Source: an uncultured Gammaproteobacteria bacterium
Lineage (GTDB): Bacteria > Patescibacteriota > Patescibacteriia > UBA9934
Direction: 5' to 3'
NCBI GenBank assembly: GCA_964569575.1
Contig: CAZMTL010000002.1
Coordinates: 85,618-138,815, forward strand
DNA: 53,198 bases
Below the pieces are notes generated by a model. That model had not been told where the DNA came from. It searched no databases and saw nothing but the letters and a program-made list of their open reading frames with translations. The translations under genes were made by a program, and so were the position numbers. This document shows, one piece after another, positions 27,670 through 35,885 of the stretch; position 1 is the first letter of the stretch, and each line of letters begins with the position of its first letter.

Positions 27670-28812
27670 ATGTCGAACTCGAATTACGAACAATTCTTGC
27701 AAATCATTGAACGAGCAAAGCAGCCGATTATTTTGCTTGCCGAACAGGCACATGTCGACGACTTCGTGGCAGCATTCAGCATTGCTTCGCTTATGGCGAA
27801 AATGCAAAAAACGATCACGATTGTGACCGAAAAAGGGAGAGCCCCGCAGTCGCTCTCTTTTTTGAAACACACACCAATCATCAAAAACGATCTAGAGCAC
27901 GTACGAAAAATGACCCTTCAAGTTGATTTAAAACAAACAAAAGTAGACCAGCTTTCGTACGAAATAAAAGAAAACGCTCTACACATCCACCTCACGCCAA
28001 AAAGCGGCGAATGGCGAAACGAAGATGTAAGCGTGTCTACCGACGGCTACAAATACGATTTAATTATTACAATCGGGCTTCAAAACCTCGAAAGTTTAGG
28101 TGAGTTATTCACAAAGTATTCACACTTTATTTTTGATACCCCAATCATCAACATCGACCACCAAACAACAAACGAACATTTTGGACAGATCAATCTGGTC
28201 GACATCCGAGCCGTCTCGAACACCGAAGTGTGTTTCGATATCATGAAAAAAATCGATGAAAGCCTGATCGATCAAGAAACAGCGACACACCTATTAACCG
28301 GGATGATTTCGAAAACAAAATCCTTCCGCGCCGATCACGTCACTCCACGCACCCTCAAACTGGCCGGTGATTTAATCGCCCTTGGCGCCCGACGGGAAGA
28401 AATTGTCGAAAATCTCTACAAAACAAAAACGGTAGAAACGTTGCGATTATGGGGTCGAGCACTTGCCCGCCTAAAATCTTCAATGAAAAATGAAATCGTG
28501 TGGAGCATGGTAACTCGACAAGATTTTGTGAGCGCCGGTGCCGAAGACGTAAGTGCGGAAGACGTTGTAGAAGAACTGATGATGAATTCTCCAAACGCAA
28601 AAATAGGCGTCCTCTTCTTCGAACTTCCAAACAAACAAATAAAAGCCGTCATTCAAACCAACCACCCATTCGACGCGCTCTACCTAGGCGCCCCTTTCCG
28701 AGCAAGCGGCACAAAAGAACGCGCAATCATTCACCCATCCCACAAAGAAATCGTGCAAGCCGAAAAAGCCGTCATCCAACACATCGAAAACCAAATCGAC
28801 CACCTCCGCTAA
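27670..28812 (+). CDS. DHH-family phosphoesterase-like protein (NrnA/RecJ-like) with degenerate motifs
   Basis: 380 aa with DHH/DHHA1-like layout. The DHH motif reads IDHQ, and motif I reads AHVDDF rather than a DxD with His. Confidence 0.55.
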   Translation: MSNSNYEQFLQIIERAKQPIILLAEQAHVDDFVAAFSIASLMAKMQKTITIVTEKGRAPQSLSFLKHTPIIKNDLEHVRKMTLQVDLKQTKVDQLSYEIKENALHIHLTPKSGEWRNEDVSVSTDGYKYDLIITIGLQNLESLGELFTKYSHFIFDTPIINIDHQTTNEHFGQINLVDIRAVSNTEVCFDIMKKIDESLIDQETATHLLTGMISKTKSFRADHVTPRTLKLAGDLIALGARREEIVENLYKTKTVETLRLWGRALARLKSSMKNEIVWSMVTRQDFVSAGAEDVSAEDVVEELMMNSPNAKIGVLFFELPNKQIKAVIQTNHPFDALYLGAPFRASGTKERAIIHPSHKEIVQAEKAVIQHIENQIDHLR

Positions 28813-28834
28813 AAAGTGCCTCAGCACTTTTTTT
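28811..28834 (+). terminator. intrinsic terminator after the DHH-like gene
   Basis: Stem aaaaagtgc / gcacttttt with loop CTCA, followed by a T-run to 28834. Confidence 0.75.
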
Positions 28835-28862
28835 GCTTTGCACAATAAATTATTTCCGTCAC

Positions 28863-28884
28863 CCCGGGCTCCGACCCGGGCTCC
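28863..28884. repeat. tandem 10-mer CCCGGGCTCC x2 separated by GA
   Basis: Read directly at 28863-28872 and 28875-28884. Each unit contains a CCCGGG palindrome. Confidence 0.7.
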
Positions 28885-28905
28885 ATCGCTCATCTCTACA
28901 AGATT

Positions 28906-28947
28906 CACTCGAAGTGAAGAGATCCTTCACTTCGTTCAGGATGACAA
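28906..28947. repeat. hairpin repeat element, copy 1
   Basis: Stem cgaagtgaag (28910-28919) / cttcacttcg (28925-28934). The tail gatccttcacttcgttcaggatgacaa (28921-28947) matches 53047-53073 at 24 of 27 positions. Confidence 0.65.
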
Positions 28948-28998
28948 TATAAATAAACTGCCCCCTACACCCTATCCTCCTACCTACTTCCCCCAACA

Positions 28999-29007
28999 TG
29001 CTATAAT
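28999..29007 (+). promoter_or_regulatory. extended -10 promoter of cca, leaderless-type
   Basis: TGcTATAAT followed by exactly 6 nt and then the ATG at 29014. No SD is present. Confidence 0.55.
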
Positions 29008-29013
29008 ACAATC

Positions 29014-30486
29014 ATGTTCGGAGGACTCCTCACCCGCTACGCGCACAAATCAATGCCACCACAAAAACAAGTGGAGCATTTTTGTGATCAAGAAAAAAAA
29101 TTAACGTGGGTTCGCGCTTTCTTAAAAGCACACGGCACCGCTGATGTGCTTCTTGTCGGCGGAACCGTTCGAGACATCCTTCTCGGAAAACATCCGGCTG
29201 ATATCGATCTAGTAATTACGAACACAGAACTAGACGACGTTGTAAAATGGCTTAGAAAAAACGGAAAAGCTGAAGAAGTCGAAACACGTTTCGGTACAAT
29301 TAAGTTCACCCCAAAAAATCAAAAAGGCATTCAACCAATCGACATCGCGCTCCCAAGAGTCGAATCAATTGGCGAACATCACTACAGTGGAAAAAACGAT
29401 TTACATGTCCAATTCGACGCTTTTCTTCCAATCGACCAAGATCTTGCACGACGCGATTTCACCGTAAACGCCATCGCTTACAGCTACAAACACAACAACA
29501 TTATCGACCCATTCGACGGCATCGATGATTTACACGGCGGCATTATACGAACGGTCGGGCTCGCGAAAGAACGCTTTCACGAAGACGCAACACGCATTTT
29601 GCGCGGGCTTCGATTTGCAAGTCGATTACAATTCAGCATCGAAGAACACACCTGGAACGCCATGCAATCTCAAATCGAAACGCTCAACTCGACTCGCATG
29701 GAAGAAAACGGTACTCACAAATACGTCATTGCTCGCGAACTGATTGGACGCGAATTCCTTCTCGCATTCACAGCTCACCCCGTACACACACTCATGCTCT
29801 GGAACCACGTCGGCGCTCTAGAGCTATTCTTGCCCGAAGTCCACAAAACACAAAGCGTCATTGAACAAAACGGCAAAACCGCATTTGAAAAAACCATCAA
29901 TCTTCTCCACCTTCTTCAAAAAAAATCCTTCCTCCGAATCCACAAAACGCACACGACTTCGGCAACTACCCTTCTAGCCGCCCTGTTTTGCTTTACCGAA
30001 CAACCGCTCAAACACCGAGCGTTCGAAGTGTGTCAAAATCTCTTCCTCCACCAATTTTCAAAATCACATCCATCGCATGTAAACTGCAGTGACGTGCTGT
30101 GGCTAGTCGAAAAAATCCACCACTTCGAAGAACAAGACCCAAGCACCATGCGCCCAAGTGAATTCGAAAGTCTGTTCTGCAACGAACGCGGCCAGCAACT
30201 TCTCATTCTTATGAACGCCGTTTACGCTGCAAGCGAATCCCACAGCCCAGCCCGCGCACGCCTCCACACAGCTCGCCGCATTCACGAATCAATGATGAAA
30301 ACCATTTGCCCTCAAGGAGAAAATCTAAAACACCTTCTCTCCGGCGAAGACTTGAAAAAACTCAACATCCCCGAAGGCCCACAATACCGAGAAATCAAAT
30401 CTCTCACCCGCGACGCCCAACTAACCGGCCGAATAAAATCAAAAAAAGACGCCCTCACCTTCGTAAAAACACACTTTCTGAAATAA
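29014..30486 (+). CDS. cca: CCA-adding enzyme / poly(A) polymerase-family tRNA nucleotidyltransferase
   Basis: 490 aa. Shows LLVGGTVRDILLGKHPADIDLV, RRDFTVNA and EDATRILRGLRFASRL. Confidence 0.85.
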   Translation: MFGGLLTRYAHKSMPPQKQVEHFCDQEKKLTWVRAFLKAHGTADVLLVGGTVRDILLGKHPADIDLVITNTELDDVVKWLRKNGKAEEVETRFGTIKFTPKNQKGIQPIDIALPRVESIGEHHYSGKNDLHVQFDAFLPIDQDLARRDFTVNAIAYSYKHNNIIDPFDGIDDLHGGIIRTVGLAKERFHEDATRILRGLRFASRLQFSIEEHTWNAMQSQIETLNSTRMEENGTHKYVIARELIGREFLLAFTAHPVHTLMLWNHVGALELFLPEVHKTQSVIEQNGKTAFEKTINLLHLLQKKSFLRIHKTHTTSATTLLAALFCFTEQPLKHRAFEVCQNLFLHQFSKSHPSHVNCSDVLWLVEKIHHFEEQDPSTMRPSEFESLFCNERGQQLLILMNAVYAASESHSPARARLHTARRIHESMMKTICPQGENLKHLLSGEDLKKLNIPEGPQYREIKSLTRDAQLTGRIKSKKDALTFVKTHFLK

Positions 30487-30515
30487 TTGACGAACGATCA
30501 ACAAATTCGTACCAT
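30487..30515 (+). promoter_or_regulatory. sigma70-like promoter of tRNA-Val(GAC)
   Basis: TTGACG (30487-30492), 17 nt spacer, TACCAT (30510-30515), placed 11 nt before the tRNA 5' end. Confidence 0.5.
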
Positions 30516-30526
30516 ACCGGCCACAT

Positions 30527-30603
30527 GGACGTGTAGCTCAGCTGGTTAGAGTATCACATTGACATTGTGAGGGTCAGAGGTTCGAGTCCTCTCACGTCCA
30601 CCA
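30527..30603 (+). tRNA. tRNA-Val, anticodon GAC, CCA encoded
   Basis: ggacgtgtagctcagctggttagagtatcacattgacattgtgagggtcagaggttcgagtcctctcacgtccacca. The anticodon loop is TTGACAT. Confidence 0.93.
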
Positions 30604-30635
30604 AAAATCACTTCTTTACGAAGTGATTTTTGTTT
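30604..30635 (+). terminator. intrinsic terminator after tRNA-Val(GAC)
   Basis: Stem aaaatcacttc / gaagtgatttt with loop TTTAC, followed by TGTTT. Confidence 0.75.
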
Positions 30636-30653
30636 ATCAAGAAATGGCCATCA

Positions 30654-31076
30654 TTAAAAAAACACCTGCTCCTGCCTATCTTCGTCAACATCCGAATCCA
30701 ACCACGACTGATTGGTTGCGCGCGAAGCGAAGTACGTCAGAAGTCCGGCGATAATCAAAACGATAAAGCCGATAAATCCTGCAACCATATGCTCCAACAC
30801 GCCACAAGCAATCACCGACGCTAAATCACCAAAAATATCCTGCGATTCTGCCACGCACGTCGCGATCTGTTCTTCCGCGGAATACGTTCCAGCAAATGCC
30901 ACCAACAATCCCAATAAAAAACTTTCAATCGTAAACAAGGTACTAAACAACGCTCGCCGCAACTTTGTGACGCGCGAAAAAGCAACCAATGCAAACAAAA
31001 CACCACCAACAATCCAATACACAATAAACCAAATGATCCCAAGAATAAGTAAATAGGGAATCCATTCAGCGATCAT
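30654..31076 (-). CDS. hypothetical 4-TM membrane protein
   Basis: 140-aa ORF with hydrophobic helices and an acidic C-terminus (DSDVDEDRQEQ). Confidence 0.6.
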   Translation of the reverse strand: MIAEWIPYLLILGIIWFIVYWIVGGVLFALVAFSRVTKLRRALFSTLFTIESFLLGLLVAFAGTYSAEEQIATCVAESQDIFGDLASVIACGVLEHMVAGFIGFIVLIIAGLLTYFASRATNQSWLDSDVDEDRQEQVFF

Positions 31077-31234
31077 AACGCGCGACTCAATAAATAATAC
31101 GTCAACTCAGCACCAATTCCTCCAAGCAAAAAAGTCACACCCAGCACAATACGGTCGGTGTCTCGAGCGCGAATACCGAAGTATAAAAACGCACCAGCAA
31201 GTACAAGAAGAAAAATTCCAGCCGCAAATAACAT
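31073..31234 (-). CDS. small (53 aa) two-TM membrane protein, not in the ORF track
   Basis: My translation is MLFAAGIFLLVLAGAFLYFGIRARDTDRIVLGVTFLLGGIGAELTYYLLSRAL. Its TGA overlaps the ATG of the downstream gene (ATGA coupling at 31076-31073). Confidence 0.5.
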   Translation of the reverse strand: MLFAAGIFLLVLAGAFLYFGIRARDTDRIVLGVTFLLGGIGAELTYYLLSRAL

Positions 31235-31336
31235 AAAAATCGCTAACTAAACTCAAATGTATCCAAATTGATAAAATAACTCTCTTTCGTTTCGCCGACG
31301 GCAAACCGTGAGCGGAATGAAGACTTCAACACCGAC

Positions 31337-31413
31337 TGGTGGGTCTGGATGGACTCGAACCATCGACCGCCGAGGTATAAGCTCGGTGCTCTAACCAGCT
31401 GAGCTACAGACCC
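31337..31413 (-). tRNA. tRNA-Ile, anticodon UAU, CCA encoded
   Basis: The reverse complement is gggtctgtagctcagctggttagagcaccgagcttatacctcggcggtcgatggttcgagtccatccagacccacca. The anticodon stem is ccgag/ctcgg and the loop is CTTATAC. Confidence 0.88.
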
Positions 31414-31476
31414 AAACTACCAACAAAACTCTCTCGAAAAACAGTCTAACACATTCCCCCTCGAAACAAAGTATAC

Positions 31477-31505
31477 TACACAAATAAGCCATTTTGTGCA
31501 ATACT
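31477..31505 (+). promoter_or_regulatory. extended -10 promoter of the rluD-like gene, leaderless-type
   Basis: TACACA (31477-31482), 17 nt spacer, TGcAATACT (31497-31505), then 6 nt and the ATG at 31512. Confidence 0.45.
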
Positions 31506-31511
31506 CGCCCA

Positions 31512-32420
31512 ATGAAACACCTTCGCCCCACCAACGAAACGCCTGAACGCCTCGATAAAGTTCTTATTCCAGAACTAGGCCACAGCCGATCAAAAATCCA
31601 AAAAGCCATCGAAGCTGGTGCCGTTTTGGTAGACAACAACAAAGTAACGTCAAAATTTCCCGTAACCGCGGAAAACGAAATTCAAATTGATGAATCGTTC
31701 TTCGTTATTCCAGAAATCACTTCCCCACCCCCGGTTCTAGACGTCGTTTACGAAGATAATGATGTCATGGTGATCAACAAACCAGCAGGTTTACTCGTTC
31801 ACAAAACCCAAACAAGCAACGAGCGAACACTGGTAGATGGACTACTCGCGCTACACCCAGAAATGAAAACTGTTGGAGACTCGGAAGATCGTCCGGGAAT
31901 CGTTCATCGACTCGATCGTCAAGCTTCGGGACTACTTATTGTAGCCAAAACACAGGAAGCATTCGAACACCTCAAACAACAATTCCGCGAACGAAGTGTG
32001 CAAAAAATATACGTGGTACTTGTGCACGGAAAAATGACCGAACTTGTTGGCACAATCAATCTACCTATTTCACGAGCAAAAAATTCTGGAAAAATGGCCG
32101 CGCGACCAACGTCACAAGAAGGAAAAGAAGCGATCACGCACTACGAAGTGATTGAACAATTTCCACATCATGCACTTCTAAAAGTACGCATCGAAACCGG
32201 ACGTACGCACCAAATCCGCGCGCACTTCTACGCAATCGAACACCCAGTAGCAGGTGACACAATCTATAAACAAAAAACGCTAAAAGGCATGGATCTAGGA
32301 CGCGTATTCCTGCACGCAACAGAATTAAGCCTCACACTTCCAAGCGGTGAAGAAAAAACATTCCGCTCAGCACTTCCAGCTGAATTAGAACAAACATTAA
32401 AAGACATTCCAAAGATATGA
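31512..32420 (+). CDS. rluD: RluA-family 23S rRNA pseudouridine synthase (RluD-like) with S4 domain
   Basis: Shows the HRLDRQASGLLIVAKT catalytic motif and an N-terminal S4-like RLDKVL. Start set to ATG 31512. The track ORF starts at a TTG at 31494. Confidence 0.85.
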   Translation: MKHLRPTNETPERLDKVLIPELGHSRSKIQKAIEAGAVLVDNNKVTSKFPVTAENEIQIDESFFVIPEITSPPPVLDVVYEDNDVMVINKPAGLLVHKTQTSNERTLVDGLLALHPEMKTVGDSEDRPGIVHRLDRQASGLLIVAKTQEAFEHLKQQFRERSVQKIYVVLVHGKMTELVGTINLPISRAKNSGKMAARPTSQEGKEAITHYEVIEQFPHHALLKVRIETGRTHQIRAHFYAIEHPVAGDTIYKQKTLKGMDLGRVFLHATELSLTLPSGEEKTFRSALPAELEQTLKDIPKI

Positions 32421-33040
32421 CGTTTGAAGAAAGTCTAGATCAACTAAATCAGACTTCACCTTTACGCATCACAGTAAGTGGCGATATCGGGGCCGGCAAA
32501 TCAACATTTGCAAAACGACTCGCTGAAACGCTCAACATTCCGCGCATCTATATAGGACAGTTCATGCGCGAAGAAGCAGCCAAGCGCGGAATCACGCTGG
32601 AAGAATTCGGAAAACTGCTCGAACAAGACGACGCCATCGACCGCGAAATGGACGCTCACCAGCAAGAAGTAGCGCGCCAAACCCCTCGCGGGGTATTCGA
32701 AGGCCGAACCGCCTGGCACTTTGTAGAAAACCCAGACGTAAAGGTGTTTATAGCAGTAAGCGAGGAACAGGCCGCAAAACGTATTTTTTCGGACAAAAAC
32801 GCGCTACGAGACAAGTACGCAACCGAAACAGAAGTCCTCGAAGGCAACAAGCGCCGAAAACAATCCGAAATCACACGATATCAAACCTATTACGGCATCG
32901 ACGTCTACGACCAATCAAACTTCGATATCATTATAGATACGTCAGAGAAAACCCTAGAAGAAGTATTCCAAGACGGAATTTTGCAAATAGCGGCATTTTT
33001 GCACAAAAACAAATCAAATACGCTTGACGGAAAAGCATAA
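32417..33040 (+). CDS. cytidylate-kinase-like P-loop NMP kinase
   Basis: 207 aa with P-loop ITVSGDIGAGKST. The length and layout fit the cytidylate kinase-like family. Its start overlaps the rluD stop in an ATGA arrangement. Confidence 0.6.
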   Translation: MTFEESLDQLNQTSPLRITVSGDIGAGKSTFAKRLAETLNIPRIYIGQFMREEAAKRGITLEEFGKLLEQDDAIDREMDAHQQEVARQTPRGVFEGRTAWHFVENPDVKVFIAVSEEQAAKRIFSDKNALRDKYATETEVLEGNKRRKQSEITRYQTYYGIDVYDQSNFDIIIDTSEKTLEEVFQDGILQIAAFLHKNKSNTLDGKA

Positions 33041-33052
33041 ATTGGCTATAGT
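33024..33052 (+). promoter_or_regulatory. sigma70-like promoter of rplS
   Basis: TTGACG (33024-33029), 17 nt spacer, TATAGT (33047-33052). It lies at the 3' end of the preceding gene. Confidence 0.55.
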
Positions 33053-33121
33053 CCGCCCCATCAACAACCTCTGCACGAATCCATTTATGGATTCCTCTCG
33101 CAGGTGAAGTAATCTAAACCT

Positions 33122-33520
33122 ATGTCAGAAGAACAGAAAAACGAGGCAGCAGAAGCAACTGCAACAGATGCAGCGGCAGAAACAGCTCCTCAAGAAGAAG
33201 TAACGGTCCTTCCTTACCGCGAACTACGAACAGGAATGATTGTTCGAGTACACGAAAAAATCAAAGACGTGAACGCAAAAGGCGAAGAACGAAATCGTGT
33301 GCAGGTATTTGAAGGAATGATCCTTCACGCAAAAAGCGCTGGTGTTGCAAAAACAATCACTGTACAAAAGGATTCTGGAGGAGTACTTGTAGAAAAGATC
33401 TACCCACTTTCTTCACCAAACATCGACAAAATCGAAGTTGTCCGAAAGTACCAAACGCACCGAAAGAAACTTTCTTTCTTGCGAACTCGCTTCAAGCGAA
33501 AAATGAAAGAAATCAAATAA
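33122..33520 (+). CDS. rplS: 50S ribosomal protein L19 with an acidic N-terminal extension
   Basis: 132 aa. Shows GMIVRVHEKIKDVNAKGEERNRVQVFEGMILHAKSAGVAKTITVQKDSGGVLVEKIYPLSSPNIDKIEVV. Confidence 0.9.
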   Translation: MSEEQKNEAAEATATDAAAETAPQEEVTVLPYRELRTGMIVRVHEKIKDVNAKGEERNRVQVFEGMILHAKSAGVAKTITVQKDSGGVLVEKIYPLSSPNIDKIEVVRKYQTHRKKLSFLRTRFKRKMKEIK

Positions 33521-33581
33521 TACGAGGCGAAAGCCTCTATTATTTTGCGCAAAAAAAAGACAAATAGACGCAAAAAAATAA

Positions 33582-33610
33582 TTGACGAACACGTATTCTA
33601 TTGATACACT
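33582..33610 (+). promoter_or_regulatory. extended -10 promoter of secG, short- or no-leader type
   Basis: TTGACG (33582-33587), 17 nt spacer, TGaTACACT (33602-33610), then 10 nt and the ATG at 33621. Confidence 0.55.
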
Positions 33611-33620
33611 AGTGAACAAT

Positions 33621-33836
33621 ATGATTCTAAATATTCTCCAGATCATTCTCTCAGGACTCCTTATCGCAGCTATTCTTCTTCAATCACGAGGAACAGGACT
33701 TGGCGCTGGACTTGGCGGAAACGGCAACGTATATAGCACAAAACGAGGCATCGAACAGAAGCTTCATACCACAACAATCGTTCTCGCGATCCTTTTCTTT
33801 GGAATTTCGCTTGCAAACGTGTTGTTTACTTTCTAA
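33621..33836 (+). CDS. secG: preprotein translocase subunit SecG
   Basis: Shows MILNILQIILSGLLIAAILLQSRGTGLGAGLGG. The TTG start in the ORF track (33582) is the -35 hexamer itself. Confidence 0.8.
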   Translation: MILNILQIILSGLLIAAILLQSRGTGLGAGLGGNGNVYSTKRGIEQKLHTTTIVLAILFFGISLANVLFTF

Positions 33837-33856
33837 CGTCACCATCATCCCAAATC

Positions 33857-35725
33857 ATGTCAGGGATACGCGAGACAATCATGTCACCCGTTCGTCGTGC
33901 GAATAAATCGTTACGAGGAATTTTCAAAAAACGCGGAGAAGCAAAGCGAGGAAGTAAACTCGCTATGAATCAAGTGCTTACCGTAAAAGAAACTAAGCGC
34001 ATTCCAAACAGCGCTCAATTAAAGCACCTTCCCCTTCTTTTAAACGAAAACGAGAAACGAATCGCTTCATTTGCCATCATTCTGATTCTTGTCGCAGGAA
34101 GCGTTCTCGCAATTCAACTTTTCAATACTCAACGATCCGAAGTACCTGCTGTTGGCGGCCAGTATACCGAGGGACTAATTGGTACACCTCAGTTAATCAA
34201 CCCCCTTTACGCGATTGCGAGCGATGTTGATACGGACTTGTCGCGACTAATCTACAACGGATTAATGCGATACGATGCAGAGTTAGGATTAATTCCTGAC
34301 CTAGCAGAGTCTTATACTATTTCAGAAGATCAAAAAACCTACACATTCATCCTACGAAACGATGTTGAGTGGCATGACGGAAAGCCTTTCCGAGCGGCAG
34401 ATGTAATCTTTACAACAACAGCAATTCAATCACCCGAGTATTCCTCACCGCTCGCGGTCAGCTTCGCAGGAGTAAAAGTAGAACAAGGCGAAAGTGAAAA
34501 TACAATAATATTCACACTAGAAGAGCCTTTTGCTCCGTTCCTCTCACTTCTAACAGTAGGAATCATTCCATCGCATTTGTGGTCTGAAATCCCAGGTGCA
34601 AACACGTACCTCTCCGAACTAAATCGTCGGCCAATAGGAACAGGTCCGTACAAATTCGAAAAGCTAATCAAAGATTCAAAAGGAACCATTCGAAGTTACA
34701 CACTTAAGCGAAATGCTAACTTCCACCGAGGAGCACCATCAATCGAACGGCTAAGTTTCAAATTCTACACAGATTCAGCAAGTGCAGCGGAAGCACTCCG
34801 AAACAACAATATCGAAGGAGTGAGCTTTCTTTCAACCGATCGCATAGCTGCTTTCGAAAAAGACAACAATTTGCAACTCGTTTCACCGGCACTTCAGCAA
34901 TACACCGCGGCATTTTTCAACCTTCGCCGCACAACAATTTCTGACGTCAAAGTACGCGAAGCACTCGCCTACGCAACAAACAAAAGCACAATCGTCGAAA
35001 CGGCACTAAACGGACACGGGAAAACAGTTGAATCGTTCATTCTCCCAGGAATGATCGGCGAAGATCCAAATCAAACAATTCGTTCATTCGATCAAAATCA
35101 AGCAGCTTCCCTTCTAGAAGAAGCCGGCTGGACACTAAACGAAAACGGAACGATTCGAGAAAAAGCCGGATCACCGCTCATTCTTCAACTAGTGACCTTG
35201 AACAACACAGAACTGCTCGCAACCGCAGAATTACTTAAATCCCAATGGCTTGCTGTGGGAGTAGATCTACAGATCACAACCGTCGACAACGCCACATTCC
35301 AATCAGATACACTGCGAAATCGAGCTTACGACGTACTCCTTTCCGGAGAACTCTACGGAATCGATCCAGATCCATACGCATTCTGGCATTCGTCACAAAC
35401 AGATTACCCTGGACTAAACCTATCAGGATTTAGCAACCGGAACGCCGACGAAAAAATCGAAAGTGGCAGAACAACGATGAACCGCGAAGAACGCGCAACG
35501 GCATATTCTGAACTTCAAACCATCGTAAACGAAACCGTACCAGCTGTATTCTTGTACCAACCAACGTACACCTTTGTTGTTCCGCGAAAAATCAAAGGCA
35601 TCGAAGCAGGCCAAATTGTTACTCCGGCTGATCGATGGAGTAGCATCGAGGAATGGTACATCAAAACAAAGCGAATCCTTAAAAAACATGCGCCTAAACT
35701 AGAGGAAACCGAAATCGAGTCCTAA
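33857..35725 (+). CDS. ABC transporter substrate-binding protein, family 5 (peptide/nickel type), membrane anchored
   Basis: 622 aa. Has an N-terminal TM anchor and LAESYTISEDQKTYTFILRNDVEWHDGKPFRAADVIFT. No permease or ATPase genes are adjacent. Confidence 0.8.
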   Translation: MSGIRETIMSPVRRANKSLRGIFKKRGEAKRGSKLAMNQVLTVKETKRIPNSAQLKHLPLLLNENEKRIASFAIILILVAGSVLAIQLFNTQRSEVPAVGGQYTEGLIGTPQLINPLYAIASDVDTDLSRLIYNGLMRYDAELGLIPDLAESYTISEDQKTYTFILRNDVEWHDGKPFRAADVIFTTTAIQSPEYSSPLAVSFAGVKVEQGESENTIIFTLEEPFAPFLSLLTVGIIPSHLWSEIPGANTYLSELNRRPIGTGPYKFEKLIKDSKGTIRSYTLKRNANFHRGAPSIERLSFKFYTDSASAAEALRNNNIEGVSFLSTDRIAAFEKDNNLQLVSPALQQYTAAFFNLRRTTISDVKVREALAYATNKSTIVETALNGHGKTVESFILPGMIGEDPNQTIRSFDQNQAASLLEEAGWTLNENGTIREKAGSPLILQLVTLNNTELLATAELLKSQWLAVGVDLQITTVDNATFQSDTLRNRAYDVLLSGELYGIDPDPYAFWHSSQTDYPGLNLSGFSNRNADEKIESGRTTMNREERATAYSELQTIVNETVPAVFLYQPTYTFVVPRKIKGIEAGQIVTPADRWSSIEEWYIKTKRILKKHAPKLEETEIES

Positions 35726-35733
35726 ATCTACGT

Positions 35734-35762
35734 TTGACGAAACCGAAAAAGCGTGGTATAGT
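35734..35762 (+). promoter_or_regulatory. sigma70-like promoter of rnj
   Basis: TTGACG (35734-35739), 17 nt spacer, TGgTATAGT (35754-35762). Confidence 0.6.
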
Positions 35763-35885
35763 TTCCTCTTCACCTGGCGCATCCAAAGCTAAATACTTGT
35801 CGTCAATTCAATGCAAATTGAATTGATTCAACTGTTTATCTTTTACATCTTAACTTTAATCAGCGAATACATCGCTCAAACAGTA

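Noticed and set aside
31107-31304. 65-aa minus-strand ORF in the track.
   Set aside because: A different frame in the same interval gives a clean two-helix 53-aa protein whose stop overlaps the next gene's ATG. The 65-aa product is Cys/Trp-rich and lacks start-site signals.
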